From an uncultured Lachnospiraceae bacterium (GTDB lineage Bacteria > Bacillota > Clostridia > Oscillospirales > CAG-272): 50,472 nucleotides of DNA. Where the stretch lies: contig CAYXBY010000003.1 in assembly GCA_964463325.1 (NCBI GenBank), positions 1 to 50,472 of the forward strand, given 5' to 3'. This document shows, piece after piece, positions 12,644 through 22,195 of this stretch. Under the pieces are notes generated by a model, which had not been told where the DNA came from, did not search any database, and worked only from the letters and a program-made list of their open reading frames with translations. Position numbers and translations under genes: made by a program. Position 1 is the first letter of the stretch. Each line of letters opens with the position of its first letter.

Positions 12644-15451
12644 TCAGTTGCTGTTGACGTTGGTCAGACTGAGCCGGTTAATGCGGCGCAGCGCCAGCTG
12701 GTTGATGATAAGCGCAAAGACGATGCACACCGCCGCCGACAGCGCACAGGCCAGCAGGTTGGGGGTGCGGATGTAGCGGCTGGGGCCGGTCTCCATTATT
12801 ATGACCTCAAGCTGTGCCAGCGGCGTACCGATAAGGCAGCCGACAATAAGCCCCAGCGCCACCAAAAAGACATTATCCCGGCTGATAAAGCGGCGGGTCT
12901 CCTTGATGGTGTAGCCGTTGATGCGCATGACGGCCAGCTCACGGGATTTGCGGTTGATGTACATGGTCATCTGATTCAGCAGCACCAGCACGGCGAGTAT
13001 GGCCGAGAAGAAAACGCAAATGGCGATGACCAGATTAATACTGTTGAAGGGGGTGAGATATTCGCTGTTGTCCTTGAGCGAGACAAAGCCGTCAAGGCCG
13101 CTCACCTTGTCGCGCAGACCGGTGATGTCGCCGCGCAGCAGCAAGATACATTCGTCTGCCTGCTTGCCGAGCAGCGATTCGTAATATTCTACCGTCGTCA
13201 CTATTTGGTGATAGGGAAGATAGTGCTCGATGACGCCGGCAATGCGGCATTCGTGCGGCTTGCCGGAGGCGTCCATAAGCTCGATGGTCGAGCCGGCCTC
13301 AAGAGAATAGTTGTCGGCGCACTTGCGCGAGACCAGCACTCCGTCCTCGGGCAGCGCGACTGTGTCGCCGGTGTCGACATCCTCCAGCCGGATAAAGCCG
13401 TCCACCTGCTCAGCGCTGTGCAGCGCGATGACGTGCATGTTTTCCCAGTTTTCGCCCGGGGCGCGGAAGGTCTCGAGCTTATCCTGAATGCGGGCATAGG
13501 GAATACCGGCCTCGGTCAGTATGCGCTCGTATTCCTCCATATCGCCGCGCGAGCTGTCGACGGCGAGGCGGTTCTCAAACAGAAAATATGACTTGAACTG
13601 CTGTGCGGGCGCACCCGAGATGGAGAATTTGAGCGTGAAGGTGATTATCAGCAGCGATATGCAGCCGACGACGCCCATAATGGTGGTGAGTATGCGTCCG
13701 CGGTCGCACAGCACGTTTTTGATCATGGTGCGGGTATACAGCTTGGCTTTTTTGTAAATGCCCCAGGATTCAAAGAAATAAGCCTTTTTCTGAGTCGGCA
13801 TCTCGCCGCGCAGCAGCGCCACCGCCGGCTGACGCACCACCTTGAGGCAGCCTGCGCAGGTTGCGGCCACAAAAATGGCCATGCACAGCAGCGCCACGAC
13901 GCCGGCCTGCTCGCCCGCAAAGGTGAGCGGGATGCTCGAATATGTAAACTCCTCGCCAAACACGAACAGCACCAGTATTTCAACAATATATACAGATGCC
14001 ACGCAGCCAATGATAATGCCAAGCAGCCCGCTGAGCATGTTGTAGGCCAGGTAATGGCGGAATATTTCGCCGGAGGTAAAGCCCAGCGCCTTTTGCGCGC
14101 CGATGAGCGATTTTTGGTCGTCGATCATTTTGACGACCGAGGCATAGCATACGACCACCGCCACCAGCAGGAATATCAGTGCAAAGGAATAGCTGAGCGT
14201 GAACAGCCCCTCGACTATCATTTCCACGCCGCTGACGTCGCCCATGCTGTAGCGCCCTGAGACGCTCCAGTCCTCATGCGCGATATCCGCAGCCTCGGCG
14301 CGTGCCTCCTCAAGCTTTTCGCGGGCGTTGGCAAGCTCCGCCTCGGAGTCAGCCAGCTTTTTCTCGCCCTCGACTATGTCAGCCTCGGCCTCCTCGAGCG
14401 CGGCAACGCCGTCCTCGTATGCCGATATGGCAGTCAGCAGCTCGGAGCCGGCGCCGCCCAGCGCGTTCAGCTGAGTCTTGGCCTCGTCAAGGTGCTCGCT
14501 GAGTCCCATTGCCTTGAGCGTCTGGCACAGCGTGCCCAGCGCCGTGTCAAGCTCGGTGCGCTTGATGTCGAGCTCAGCGCGGCTGTCCTCCAGCTGCTTG
14601 CGACCGCGGCTCAGCTCGTCCTCAGCGTCGGCTATCTCGCCCTCGGCCTCGGCTATGCGGGCATTGACCTCGCCGGTCAGCTCGTCATAGCGCAGCTGTG
14701 CGCGAACGGTGCCAAAAGCCTCAAGCGAGGACAGCAGCTCAGCCTCAGCGTCGGTATATTCGTCGGAATAGAAATAAATATCGCGCAGTGCAGGGCTTTC
14801 AATGTAGACATGCGAATAGCAGCTGTCATAATAGTCCTCGTCAAAGGCGGCCGGAGCCAGCTCAACATAGTATGCCGCCGAGCCAAAGCCGACGTCACCC
14901 TTGCCGCGCGCGTCCTGAAAATCAATGCATATAAAGCTGGGCTCGTTGATTATGGCCGTGACGCGGAAGACCTCGCCGCGCAGCTCGCCGTTGTGCTCCA
15001 GACGCAGCTCGTCACCCAGGCTCAGGCCCTGAACGTCGGCCATTTTTTTCTCAATGGCCACCTCGCCCGCCGCCTGCGGCAGCTGTCCCTCCAGCACATC
15101 GGGACGGTTGAGCTGGTTGAGCAGGGAACGAACCTGCACCGTTATGCGCTCCTCGCCGGTGTTGAAAAGCGCTGTTGTGCGATAGCCGCACTCAAGCGTG
15201 TCGACCTCGGGCAGCGCCGCGAGAGCGGATGCGTCCTCGACAGTGATGCCGTTGGCGCAGGCTATCTCAAATGAGGCCAGCCGATTTTGACGATAATAGT
15301 CGTCGGTGTGCTCCAGAATGGTCTGGGCGCCGGCCTGAATGCCAAGATAAATGGCAATGCTGGTTGCCGCGATCAGCGCCACGGCAAAGAAGGATACGCC
15401 CGTCTTTTTAATGGAGCGGAGCAGGTATCTTATACGTGTTTTCTTTACCAT
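12644..15451 (-). CDS. FtsX/MacB-type ABC transporter permease (duplicated FtsX domains, coiled-coil ectodomain)
   Basis: IGAQKALGF and RELAVMRINGY FtsX motifs, two TM clusters, long helical ectodomain; ATG overlaps upstream stop. Confidence 0.88.
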   Translation of the reverse strand: MVKKTRIRYLLRSIKKTGVSFFAVALIAATSIAIYLGIQAGAQTILEHTDDYYRQNRLASFEIACANGITVEDASALAALPEVDTLECGYRTTALFNTGEERITVQVRSLLNQLNRPDVLEGQLPQAAGEVAIEKKMADVQGLSLGDELRLEHNGELRGEVFRVTAIINEPSFICIDFQDARGKGDVGFGSAAYYVELAPAAFDEDYYDSCYSHVYIESPALRDIYFYSDEYTDAEAELLSSLEAFGTVRAQLRYDELTGEVNARIAEAEGEIADAEDELSRGRKQLEDSRAELDIKRTELDTALGTLCQTLKAMGLSEHLDEAKTQLNALGGAGSELLTAISAYEDGVAALEEAEADIVEGEKKLADSEAELANAREKLEEARAEAADIAHEDWSVSGRYSMGDVSGVEMIVEGLFTLSYSFALIFLLVAVVVCYASVVKMIDDQKSLIGAQKALGFTSGEIFRHYLAYNMLSGLLGIIIGCVASVYIVEILVLFVFGEEFTYSSIPLTFAGEQAGVVALLCMAIFVAATCAGCLKVVRQPAVALLRGEMPTQKKAYFFESWGIYKKAKLYTRTMIKNVLCDRGRILTTIMGVVGCISLLIITFTLKFSISGAPAQQFKSYFLFENRLAVDSSRGDMEEYERILTEAGIPYARIQDKLETFRAPGENWENMHVIALHSAEQVDGFIRLEDVDTGDTVALPEDGVLVSRKCADNYSLEAGSTIELMDASGKPHECRIAGVIEHYLPYHQIVTTVEYYESLLGKQADECILLLRGDITGLRDKVSGLDGFVSLKDNSEYLTPFNSINLVIAICVFFSAILAVLVLLNQMTMYINRKSRELAVMRINGYTIKETRRFISRDNVFLVALGLIVGCLIGTPLAQLEVIIMETGPSRYIRTPNLLACALSAAVCIVFALIINQLALRRINRLSLTNVNSN

Positions 15452-16665
15452 ACTAACTCCTTTGCACTGGCGGGGTGAGCGTTCAGCATCACCTCGGAGA
15501 CGACGCCGCCCTTCATGCGTATGACGCGGTCGGCCATTTTGGCGATCTCCTCGTTATGTGTGACCATGAGTATTGTAGTGCCGCCGCGGATGACCTCCTC
15601 GAGCACTGTCAGCACCTCAATGCTGGTCTCGTAATCAAGCGCGGCGGTAGGCTCGTCGGCCAAAATTATGCGGGGGCGTTTGACCAGCGCACGCGCTATC
15701 GAGACGCGCTGCTGCTGTCCGCCTGACATCTGCGCGGGGTAGTTGCCGCGCCGCGACGACAGCCCGACACGCTCCAGCGCCTCGGCGGCGTCCATGTGCT
15801 GCTCGCACAGCTCGCCTATGAAATCCAGGTTTTCCTCTGCCGTCAGCGTTGGCATGAGGTTGTAAGCCTGGAAGATAAAGCCGATGGAATTACGGCGGTA
15901 GAGCGTCAGCTCGCGCTCGTCGGCACTGGAATAGTCCTTGCCGTCAAATATGAAGGTGCCCGAGGTCAGCTTATCCATGCCGCCGATGATATTCAGCATG
16001 GTGGATTTGCCGCAGCCGGACTCGCCGAGAATGACCAGAAACTCGCCCTCTCGAACGTCCAGATTGACGCCGCGCAGCACCTGCACGCGGGTCTCGCCCT
16101 CGCCAAAGGTCTTGGTCACGTTGCGCAGCGACAGTATGACCGGCCGCTCCTCGGCAAAGCCAAGGTTGAGTCCGCGGCTGTCGACTGCAATGGCGGTCAG
16201 CATGGCCAGCTGCTCGCATATTTTGACGTCCTCGTCATCGTAGAGCGAGCCGTCACGCTTGTTGATGATCTGTATGCAGCCGATGACCTCGTATTTGTTG
16301 ATCAGCGGGACGCATATCATGCTGCGCGTGACAAAGCCGGTCTTCTCGTCAAAGCGGCCGGCCCATCTGGCATCGCTTTGGCAGTCGCGCACCACGGTAG
16401 TTTTGCCGTCACGGACGACCGCACCTGCAATACCCTCGCCGGCACTCAGGCTGAGCCCGGTGAGATCGGCGCCGCCGATCCAAAATGATGGGTAGATGCG
16501 CCCATCGCCGTGGGAATTGTAAAACCAGATGGTGCCCGCCTCTGCGCCGACTGCCGCTACCACCTGACCGAGGCTGTAGCGCAGTGCGTCCTCAAGCGAG
16601 GCGGCCTCCTGAAGCTGCTTGGTGATCTCCCATACTACCTGTGTGTAGTCGATCCGTCTGTCCAT
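15445..16665 (-). CDS. GAF domain fused to LolD/MacB-type ABC ATPase
   Basis: N-terminal GAF (GEGIAG, DEKTGFVTRSMICVPL, INKRDGSLYDDED); C-terminal GESGCGKST, MSGGQQQRV, ADEPTAALD, VTH. Confidence 0.9.
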   Translation of the reverse strand: MDRRIDYTQVVWEITKQLQEAASLEDALRYSLGQVVAAVGAEAGTIWFYNSHGDGRIYPSFWIGGADLTGLSLSAGEGIAGAVVRDGKTTVVRDCQSDARWAGRFDEKTGFVTRSMICVPLINKYEVIGCIQIINKRDGSLYDDEDVKICEQLAMLTAIAVDSRGLNLGFAEERPVILSLRNVTKTFGEGETRVQVLRGVNLDVREGEFLVILGESGCGKSTMLNIIGGMDKLTSGTFIFDGKDYSSADERELTLYRRNSIGFIFQAYNLMPTLTAEENLDFIGELCEQHMDAAEALERVGLSSRRGNYPAQMSGGQQQRVSIARALVKRPRIILADEPTAALDYETSIEVLTVLEEVIRGGTTILMVTHNEEIAKMADRVIRMKGGVVSEVMLNAHPASAKELVW

Positions 16666-16737
16666 ACCATTGCTCTCCTTTTTGTTTTTTTGTGGCGCCG
16701 GAATGACGGCGTCTCAAATCATTAATCGTTTGATATT

Positions 16738-16766
16738 ATTATATCATAAACCGTGTTGCTCTGCAA
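16738..16766 (-). promoter_or_regulatory. sigma-A-like promoter of the GAF-ABC/cyclase operon
   Basis: Minus strand TTGCAG-17 nt-TATAAT with TG extension. Confidence 0.55.
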
Positions 16767-17085
16767 GGGGTTTGTAAGCTTTTGAGCATAAAATGCGCCT
16801 AAAATCGCAAATTTTGTGTCAAATGTGGCGGACGTGGTGTCGGAGCCAGCCCGGAGTATGCCGGCGGGCACGGGAGGAGGTGCGTAATTGTTTTATTTGC
16901 TCATAAATTTGTGCGTGGAGCGGCTGCATTTCGTTATTGTTACAATTTTGCGTGTGGCCTGGACAAAAAGCTTGATGGGTGTTGAAAAATGGCACAAAAG
17001 GTGGTATACTTATTGTGTCTTAACACGGCAGCGTCGCGCGAGCCGTATGGCGGCGCGGCAGGTCGAAAAAACAGGGAGGCACTGT

Positions 17086-17910
17086 ATGAATTTTTTAGAT
17101 GCTGAATTTGTCAAGGGCTTTATCCGCCTGTCAAACGACGGCTGGGAGCAGGGCTGGCACGAGCGCAACGGAGGCAATTTCTCCTACCGCGTGACTGACG
17201 ACGAGGTCGAATCGGTCAGAGAATGCCTGAAGCCGGGCGAGTGGCGTCCGATCGGAACGTCGGTCCCCGCACTGGCAGGGCAGTACTTTTTGGTGACCGG
17301 CAGCGGCAAGTTTTTCAGAAATGTCGCCATCAAGCCGGAGGATTCCTTCTGCATGCTCGAGGTCGACAGCACGGGCGAGCTTTACCGCATAGTCTGGGGG
17401 CTGGTCAATGGCGGCAATCCCACCTCGGAGCTTCCCACTCACCTTATGAATCATGAGGTCAAGATGCTGGCGACGGACGGCCGCGCCCGCGTGATATACC
17501 ATGCGCATCCAGTAAACATAATCGCGCTGACGTTCGTTCTCCCGCTGAGCGACGAGGTGTTCACCCGCGAGCTGTGGGAGATGATAACTGAGTGCGCCTA
17601 CATATTCCCGGCCGGCGTTGGCGTTGTGCCGTGGATGGTGCCGGGCGGCCGCGACATTGCGGTGGCCACCAGCGAGCTGATGAAGAAATACGACGTCGTC
17701 GTTTGGGCGCACCACGGGCTGTTTGTGTCCGGCACGACGTTTGACGAGACCTTTGGCCTCATGCACACGGTCGAGAAGGCAGCCGAGATACTGGTAAAGG
17801 TGCTCTCGATGGTGCCGCAGAAGCGCCAGACCATCACGGCGGACAACTTCCGTGAATTTGCAAAGGCCTTCGATTTCAAGCTCAATGAGGACTACCTGAG
17901 CGACAAATAA
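17086..17910 (+). CDS. rhaD: Rhamnulose-1-phosphate aldolase
   Basis: GWHERNGGN, VTGSGKFFRN, PTSELPTH, HAHP, WAHHG; GGAGG RBS. Confidence 0.92.
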   Translation: MNFLDAEFVKGFIRLSNDGWEQGWHERNGGNFSYRVTDDEVESVRECLKPGEWRPIGTSVPALAGQYFLVTGSGKFFRNVAIKPEDSFCMLEVDSTGELYRIVWGLVNGGNPTSELPTHLMNHEVKMLATDGRARVIYHAHPVNIIALTFVLPLSDEVFTRELWEMITECAYIFPAGVGVVPWMVPGGRDIAVATSELMKKYDVVVWAHHGLFVSGTTFDETFGLMHTVEKAAEILVKVLSMVPQKRQTITADNFREFAKAFDFKLNEDYLSDK

Positions 17911-17925
17911 TAGAATTAATAATAA

Positions 17926-17978
17926 AAGCACAAGATCGGGCTTCCCGCTGCGGGAGGCTCGGTTTTGTGCTTTTTTTG
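17926..17978 (+). terminator. Intrinsic terminator after rhaD
   Basis: AAAGCACAAGATCG...CGGTTTTGTGCTTTTTTT hairpin with U tract. Confidence 0.7.
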
Positions 17979-17985
17979 CGCCGCT

Positions 17986-18300
17986 TTAGGGGCGGTGACA
18001 GTTATTTAATTTGCAGACCAGCTCAAATATCAGCTTTTTGTCCTGCTCACAGAGCAGATTGTATTCACGCAGCATGGCCTCGCCATCATTGTCGGGGCTG
18101 CCCGTGTCCTCATAAAAGAATTCTGACAGCGTAATGCCGAATGCATTACATATGAGCTGTAATGTGACTATCGATGGGAGTGTTTCGCGGTTAAACATAT
18201 TTGTCAGCGTTGACTGTGACACACCCGACTCTACCGATAGCCTGTACACCGACCAATTTCGTTCCAATCTCATTTTATTGATCTTTTCTAATACGTTCAT
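17986..18300 (-). CDS. XRE-family HTH regulator
   Basis: RLERNWSVYRLSVESGVSQSTL...PSIVTLQLICNAFGITLSEFF. Confidence 0.88.
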   Translation of the reverse strand: MNVLEKINKMRLERNWSVYRLSVESGVSQSTLTNMFNRETLPSIVTLQLICNAFGITLSEFFYEDTGSPDNDGEAMLREYNLLCEQDKKLIFELVCKLNNCHRP

Positions 18301-18369
18301 CAAGCTTCTCCAAAATAACTCACTTCATCGTATAGTTTTATTATAACATATTTGATAATAAAAAAAATG

Positions 18370-18408
18370 CCCATATGGGTTGACAATGCATCCCATATGT
18401 GATATAAT
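18370..18408 (+). promoter_or_regulatory. Promoter overlapped by two CCCATATG(G/T)G operator-like palindromes
   Basis: TTGACA 18380-18385, TATAAT 18403-18408 (17-nt spacer); CCCATATGGG 18370-18379 and CCCATATGTG 18392-18401. Confidence 0.6.
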
Positions 18409-18475
18409 GGGCGCAGGAAATATGTTGAATAAGGTCGAAGCCGGTTCACCGGCGCACAACAAATGGTGGAATAGT

Positions 18476-19324
18476 ATGAATATCGGTATAGTTCTTGCCG
18501 GTGGAATGAGCAAGGGTGCATATGAGATAGGGTGCATAAATGCAATTGTTGAATACTTCGGGCGGGAAAGCATAAGGTGCATTTCCGCTTCCTCGATCGG
18601 CACGCTGGTGTCGTATGCCTTTGTCAGTGACCAGATGGAGCTGCTGGTGCAGCGGCTAAAGGAGGTCGACGTAAAGCAATCGGGCAAATTCTTTCCCGCG
18701 CTGTCCGGCAACTCGGAATTGAATCTCAAAATTCGTGATTTTGTACCCGACGGTAATGCTGTGACGTCGCATATGTATGCAACGATATGGAATTTCACCG
18801 AGCGGCGGGTCGACTATGTGCCGTTTCACACATTGACCGATGAGGCGGCCAAAAATTATCTGTGTGCGGCGATCGCCATCCCGCTGTTCAACAAAGGGGT
18901 TCGATTGAATAGCTGCACGCTTTTCGACGGAGCTTTTATCGACAATATACCCGTTTATCCGCTGATGGACGAGGAGCTGGACTATATTTTCTGTATTTAT
19001 TTTGATCCGCACAGCTATTTGTTCGAGAATGAGGCGTTTGACGGCAAAATTATCAAGCTGCATAATTTTCCAAATAAAAAAAGGTGGGACAACTTTGTCT
19101 TTGACCCCGAGCGCATGGATGGAATGATAGACTATGGCTATGGGTATACAAAAAACATGATCGGACGAGTGTTTTCGTGCGACAGCAACGGCGAGATAAG
19201 GCGAAGAATAGATCTGCTGAATGCCAGCTCAGCCGATAATGTAAAACGGCGCCTTACCTGTGACGTTATACTTACCAATATCAACAAAATGACTGCCAGA
19301 TACGCCCGGCGCAATATCACCTGA
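18476..19324 (+). CDS. Patatin-like phospholipase
   Basis: LAGGMSKGAY oxyanion loop, ISASSIG nucleophile elbow variant, AIAIPLF, FDGA. Confidence 0.8.
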   Translation: MNIGIVLAGGMSKGAYEIGCINAIVEYFGRESIRCISASSIGTLVSYAFVSDQMELLVQRLKEVDVKQSGKFFPALSGNSELNLKIRDFVPDGNAVTSHMYATIWNFTERRVDYVPFHTLTDEAAKNYLCAAIAIPLFNKGVRLNSCTLFDGAFIDNIPVYPLMDEELDYIFCIYFDPHSYLFENEAFDGKIIKLHNFPNKKRWDNFVFDPERMDGMIDYGYGYTKNMIGRVFSCDSNGEIRRRIDLLNASSADNVKRRLTCDVILTNINKMTARYARRNIT

Positions 19325-19404
19325 CGTGTGCAGAGGCATTTTTGATTCATGATGTAATATTTCATCGCTGAAATATATAATTTAACTTTTTGGAGGAAAA
19401 GATC

Positions 19405-19821
19405 ATGAGTGAAAACGAAAAAAACACCACCGCCGAATCTACGGGCAGCAAGTCTCCGGATATGAAATTCTGCTCTGAATGCGGCAAGGAGATTGCTAAG
19501 AAGGCAGTCGTCTGCCCCCACTGTGGCTGTCAGGTCGACAGCATGGCCAAGGAGCAGCCGAGCATAGTGATCAACAACAGCAACCAGAACAGCAACCAGA
19601 ACAGCAACGCCGGCGGCGTTGTCGATGGCAGAAAGGCCAAAAACAAGTGGACGGCGCTGGTGCTGCTCATTTTCCTTGGCTTCTTCGGTGCACACAAGTT
19701 CTATGAGGACAAGATCGGCATGGGTGTATTGTACATATTTACCGGCGGGCTTTGTGGCATAGGCGTGATCGTCGATTTCTGGGTGCTGCTGTTTAAGCCC
19801 AATCCCTATTATGTAAACTGA
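19405..19821 (+). CDS. Zinc-ribbon + TM2 (NINE) domain membrane protein
   Basis: FCSECG..CPHCG; KNKWTALVLLIFLGFFGAHKFY..G.LY.FTGGLCGIG. Confidence 0.85.
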   Translation: MSENEKNTTAESTGSKSPDMKFCSECGKEIAKKAVVCPHCGCQVDSMAKEQPSIVINNSNQNSNQNSNAGGVVDGRKAKNKWTALVLLIFLGFFGAHKFYEDKIGMGVLYIFTGGLCGIGVIVDFWVLLFKPNPYYVN

Positions 19822-19832
19822 GGTGCGTAAAT

Positions 19833-20282
19833 ATGAAGGCTGAATTTGACGGTCAGAAAATGAGCACCGAGATGAACGATAGTGGAAACGCCGCCAATAA
19901 TAAAGGTAATTATGACAGATTTGGCATCCCGCATGTACAAGAGTACCACTCTATGTTGTATGTAGTGATGGCGGTGGTTTGTATCATATGTAATTTGCTG
20001 ATGCACTATATATTAGTCGAAATGTGGCCGGAGCTCATCGAATTGTGTCCAGAGGTCCTCGTAATGTGGCCGAAGTTAATTCCCGGTGCACTCAGTGCAT
20101 TAAACATCTTAGAGCCGATATTGGGTTGTTCTATGCCGTTTATTGGCTCGTTCGTCGGTATTGGATCAATAGTAGGATATGTTAAAGACAAGAAGACCGA
20201 AAACCTTACCGGCATGATAATAACGCTGCTTTTAGTTGCCGTGAATGTTGGCATTTCCGCTGTCGGGCGGATATTGATGTAA
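19833..20282 (+). CDS. Hypothetical membrane protein
   Basis: 149-aa ORF with three hydrophobic segments, GAGG RBS, directly after the TM2 gene. Confidence 0.55.
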   Translation: MKAEFDGQKMSTEMNDSGNAANNKGNYDRFGIPHVQEYHSMLYVVMAVVCIICNLLMHYILVEMWPELIELCPEVLVMWPKLIPGALSALNILEPILGCSMPFIGSFVGIGSIVGYVKDKKTENLTGMIITLLLVAVNVGISAVGRILM

Positions 20283-20359
20283 CAAAAAATGCCAGCGTTG
20301 GCCGGCAAAGCCCTTCTCACTCGAGAGGGGCTTTTTTATTTTGCGGGCGCCCCGCCACT

Positions 20360-20929
20360 TTAGCTCGAATGTCGCTCAATAAAGCCTGCGACCCAGTGGC
20401 AGGTGTAGCCGTAAAGATCGTCCAGATCGCGCGTGACGTAGCCGCGGCAGTATTTGACGTACTCGCAGAACAGGCCGTCGAGAAAGACCTGTATATCCAG
20501 CTCGAGATAGGTATAGTTTTTGATGCGCTCGTCGGCGCAGCAAAGCTCGATGAATTTGGCAGTGGCGATAGAGGACAGCTTTTTGGCGGTGAAAAACAGC
20601 TCGTTGGAGCGGCAGAGCAGGCGGTAGTTTTCGTCGTTCTGCCGTATGAACTCAAAAATTGAGTCAATAAAGCTGTAAATATTCTGCGACTCGAGCAGAC
20701 GGGCGCTGTCAAAAAAGGTGTCGATCAGCTCGGTTTCATATTCCTCGGCGACGCAGTATATGTCGTCATAATGTGAATAAAAGGCGCCGCGGCTGATGTC
20801 GGCGCGCTGGCACAGCTCGCTGACAGATATCTTGCCAAGCTCTCTTTTCTCAGAGAGCAGCTCGGCGAATACGTTTTTGATCAGCTGCTTTGTCTTGCGC
20901 GAGGCGTTGTTGCAGTTTTTTGATTTCAT
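20360..20929 (-). CDS. TetR/AcrR-family regulator
   Basis: ISVSELCQRADISRGAFYSHYDDIY HTH. Confidence 0.88.
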   Translation of the reverse strand: MKSKNCNNASRKTKQLIKNVFAELLSEKRELGKISVSELCQRADISRGAFYSHYDDIYCVAEEYETELIDTFFDSARLLESQNIYSFIDSIFEFIRQNDENYRLLCRSNELFFTAKKLSSIATAKFIELCCADERIKNYTYLELDIQVFLDGLFCEYVKYCRGYVTRDLDDLYGYTCHWVAGFIERHSS

Positions 20930-20962
20930 ATTGGCTCCTGTCGTTAACACATTTTCGCGACG

Positions 20963-20978
20963 TGTTCAAATTTGAACA
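20963..20978. promoter_or_regulatory. Probable TetR operator
   Basis: Perfect 16-bp palindrome TGTTCAAATTTGAACA between divergent tetR and ABC genes. Confidence 0.55.
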
Positions 20979-21079
20979 TTGAACAAAAAAATGTTCTTCC
21001 ATTTCGTTTTCAATAATATTATAATACACCTCAACCAAAATGTCAACAGTGTTAAAAAAATCAAGAAAGGAAAAACGAT

Positions 21080-21727
21080 ATGGAAACCGAAATGAGCACC
21101 GTGACCGAAAATGTCGTCGAGGTCTCGCATCTGACCAAAAACTATGGTAGCGGGCGCGGTGCGTTTGACGTCAGCCTCCATGTGAACGAGGGCGAGGTGT
21201 TCGGCTTTCTGGGTCCTAACGGCGCCGGCAAATCCACCACCATCCGGCACCTGATGGGCTTTTCGCGTCCCGACTCGGGTAGTACCCGCATCATGGGCAT
21301 GGAGACCTTCACCGGCTATGCCTGCGTGCTGTCACATGTGGGCTATGTTCCGGGTGAGATAGCGCTGCCCGCCGGGCTGACGGGGCACGAATTTATACGT
21401 ATGATGCAGGATATGCAGGGCATACACAACAGAGCGCAGCTTGAAGCCATGCTGTCGCGCTTTGAGCTGGCGGACAGCGTGCTCTGCGGCGAGACCAAGC
21501 GCATGAGCCTCGGCGTCAAGCGCAAGCTGGCGATAGTGACGGCGTTTATGTCCGCCCCGGCAGTGCTGATACTTGACGAGCCCACCAGCATCTCGCTGTT
21601 CGATGTCATTTCCATCATTGGCGGGACGAGTGCGTTTGCCATCAAGTTTGTCATCCTGGGTGCCTGCGGCATTGTAGGCTACATTGCCGGCTCGCTGCGC
21701 TTTATCAAGAAGGATCTGCCGCTCTGA
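21080..21727 (+). pseudogene. ABC-2-type ATPase truncated after Walker B and fused in-frame to the C-terminus of an ABC-2 permease
   Basis: GPNGAGKST and LDEPTS, then switches to ISLFD..TM..RFIKKDLPL; D-loop and H-switch missing. Confidence 0.7.
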
Positions 21728-21843
21728 CCGGCTGCACTGCTGCAAATTCCTCGGTGAACGGTATCGATTTTCTTTACCATTGTACTTTTGGCGCGAAAAT
21801 GTGGTATAATGGTTCAAGAAAATAAACGAAGGGAGCTGCTGCT

Positions 21844-22191
21844 GTGCAGGATATTCAAAGACTGGCCGAGGAATTTCGCGCGTGCCGCGGCATTCTTCTC
21901 GCACTTGGCGACGCCACCCGGCAGCATCTGATACTGACCATGATGCAGATGGGTGAGTGCGGTGGGGTGCGTGTCGGCGCTATCACCGAGCAGACGAATC
22001 TTTCGCGGCCGGCGGTGTCGCACCACCTCGGCATACTGAGGGAGGCCGGGCTGGTCAAGGTGCGGCGAGAGGGCACCAAAAATTATTACTATTTTGATGC
22101 CGACGCCGAGGCGATGACGCGCCTTTTGACTATGCTTGGCGATGCTAAGCGCGTTATGGAGCAGCTCCCCGACAGAAGCGGAAAGGAATAA
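21844..22191 (+). CDS. ArsR/SmtB-family regulator
   Basis: ALGDATRQHLI, LSRPAVSHHLGILREAGLV..RREGTKNYY. Confidence 0.88.
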   Translation: MQDIQRLAEEFRACRGILLALGDATRQHLILTMMQMGECGGVRVGAITEQTNLSRPAVSHHLGILREAGLVKVRREGTKNYYYFDADAEAMTRLLTMLGDAKRVMEQLPDRSGKE

Positions 22192-22195
22192 AAAC

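Noticed and set aside
8920-15274. Long plus-strand ORFs (553, 421, 338, 332 aa) and similar ones opposite mfd, typA, fprA
   Set aside because: Antisense shadows of GC-rich genes, with no motifs
10809-19324. Pycsar/CBASS-like defence pairing of the cyclase with the patatin
   Set aside because: The cyclase is a membrane CHASE2 signalling type with ATP specifiers; the patatin is in a separate unit beyond rhaD
19576-19608. 12-bp tandem repeat AACAGCAACCAG
   Set aside because: In-frame low-complexity Asn/Gln linker typical of TM2 proteins
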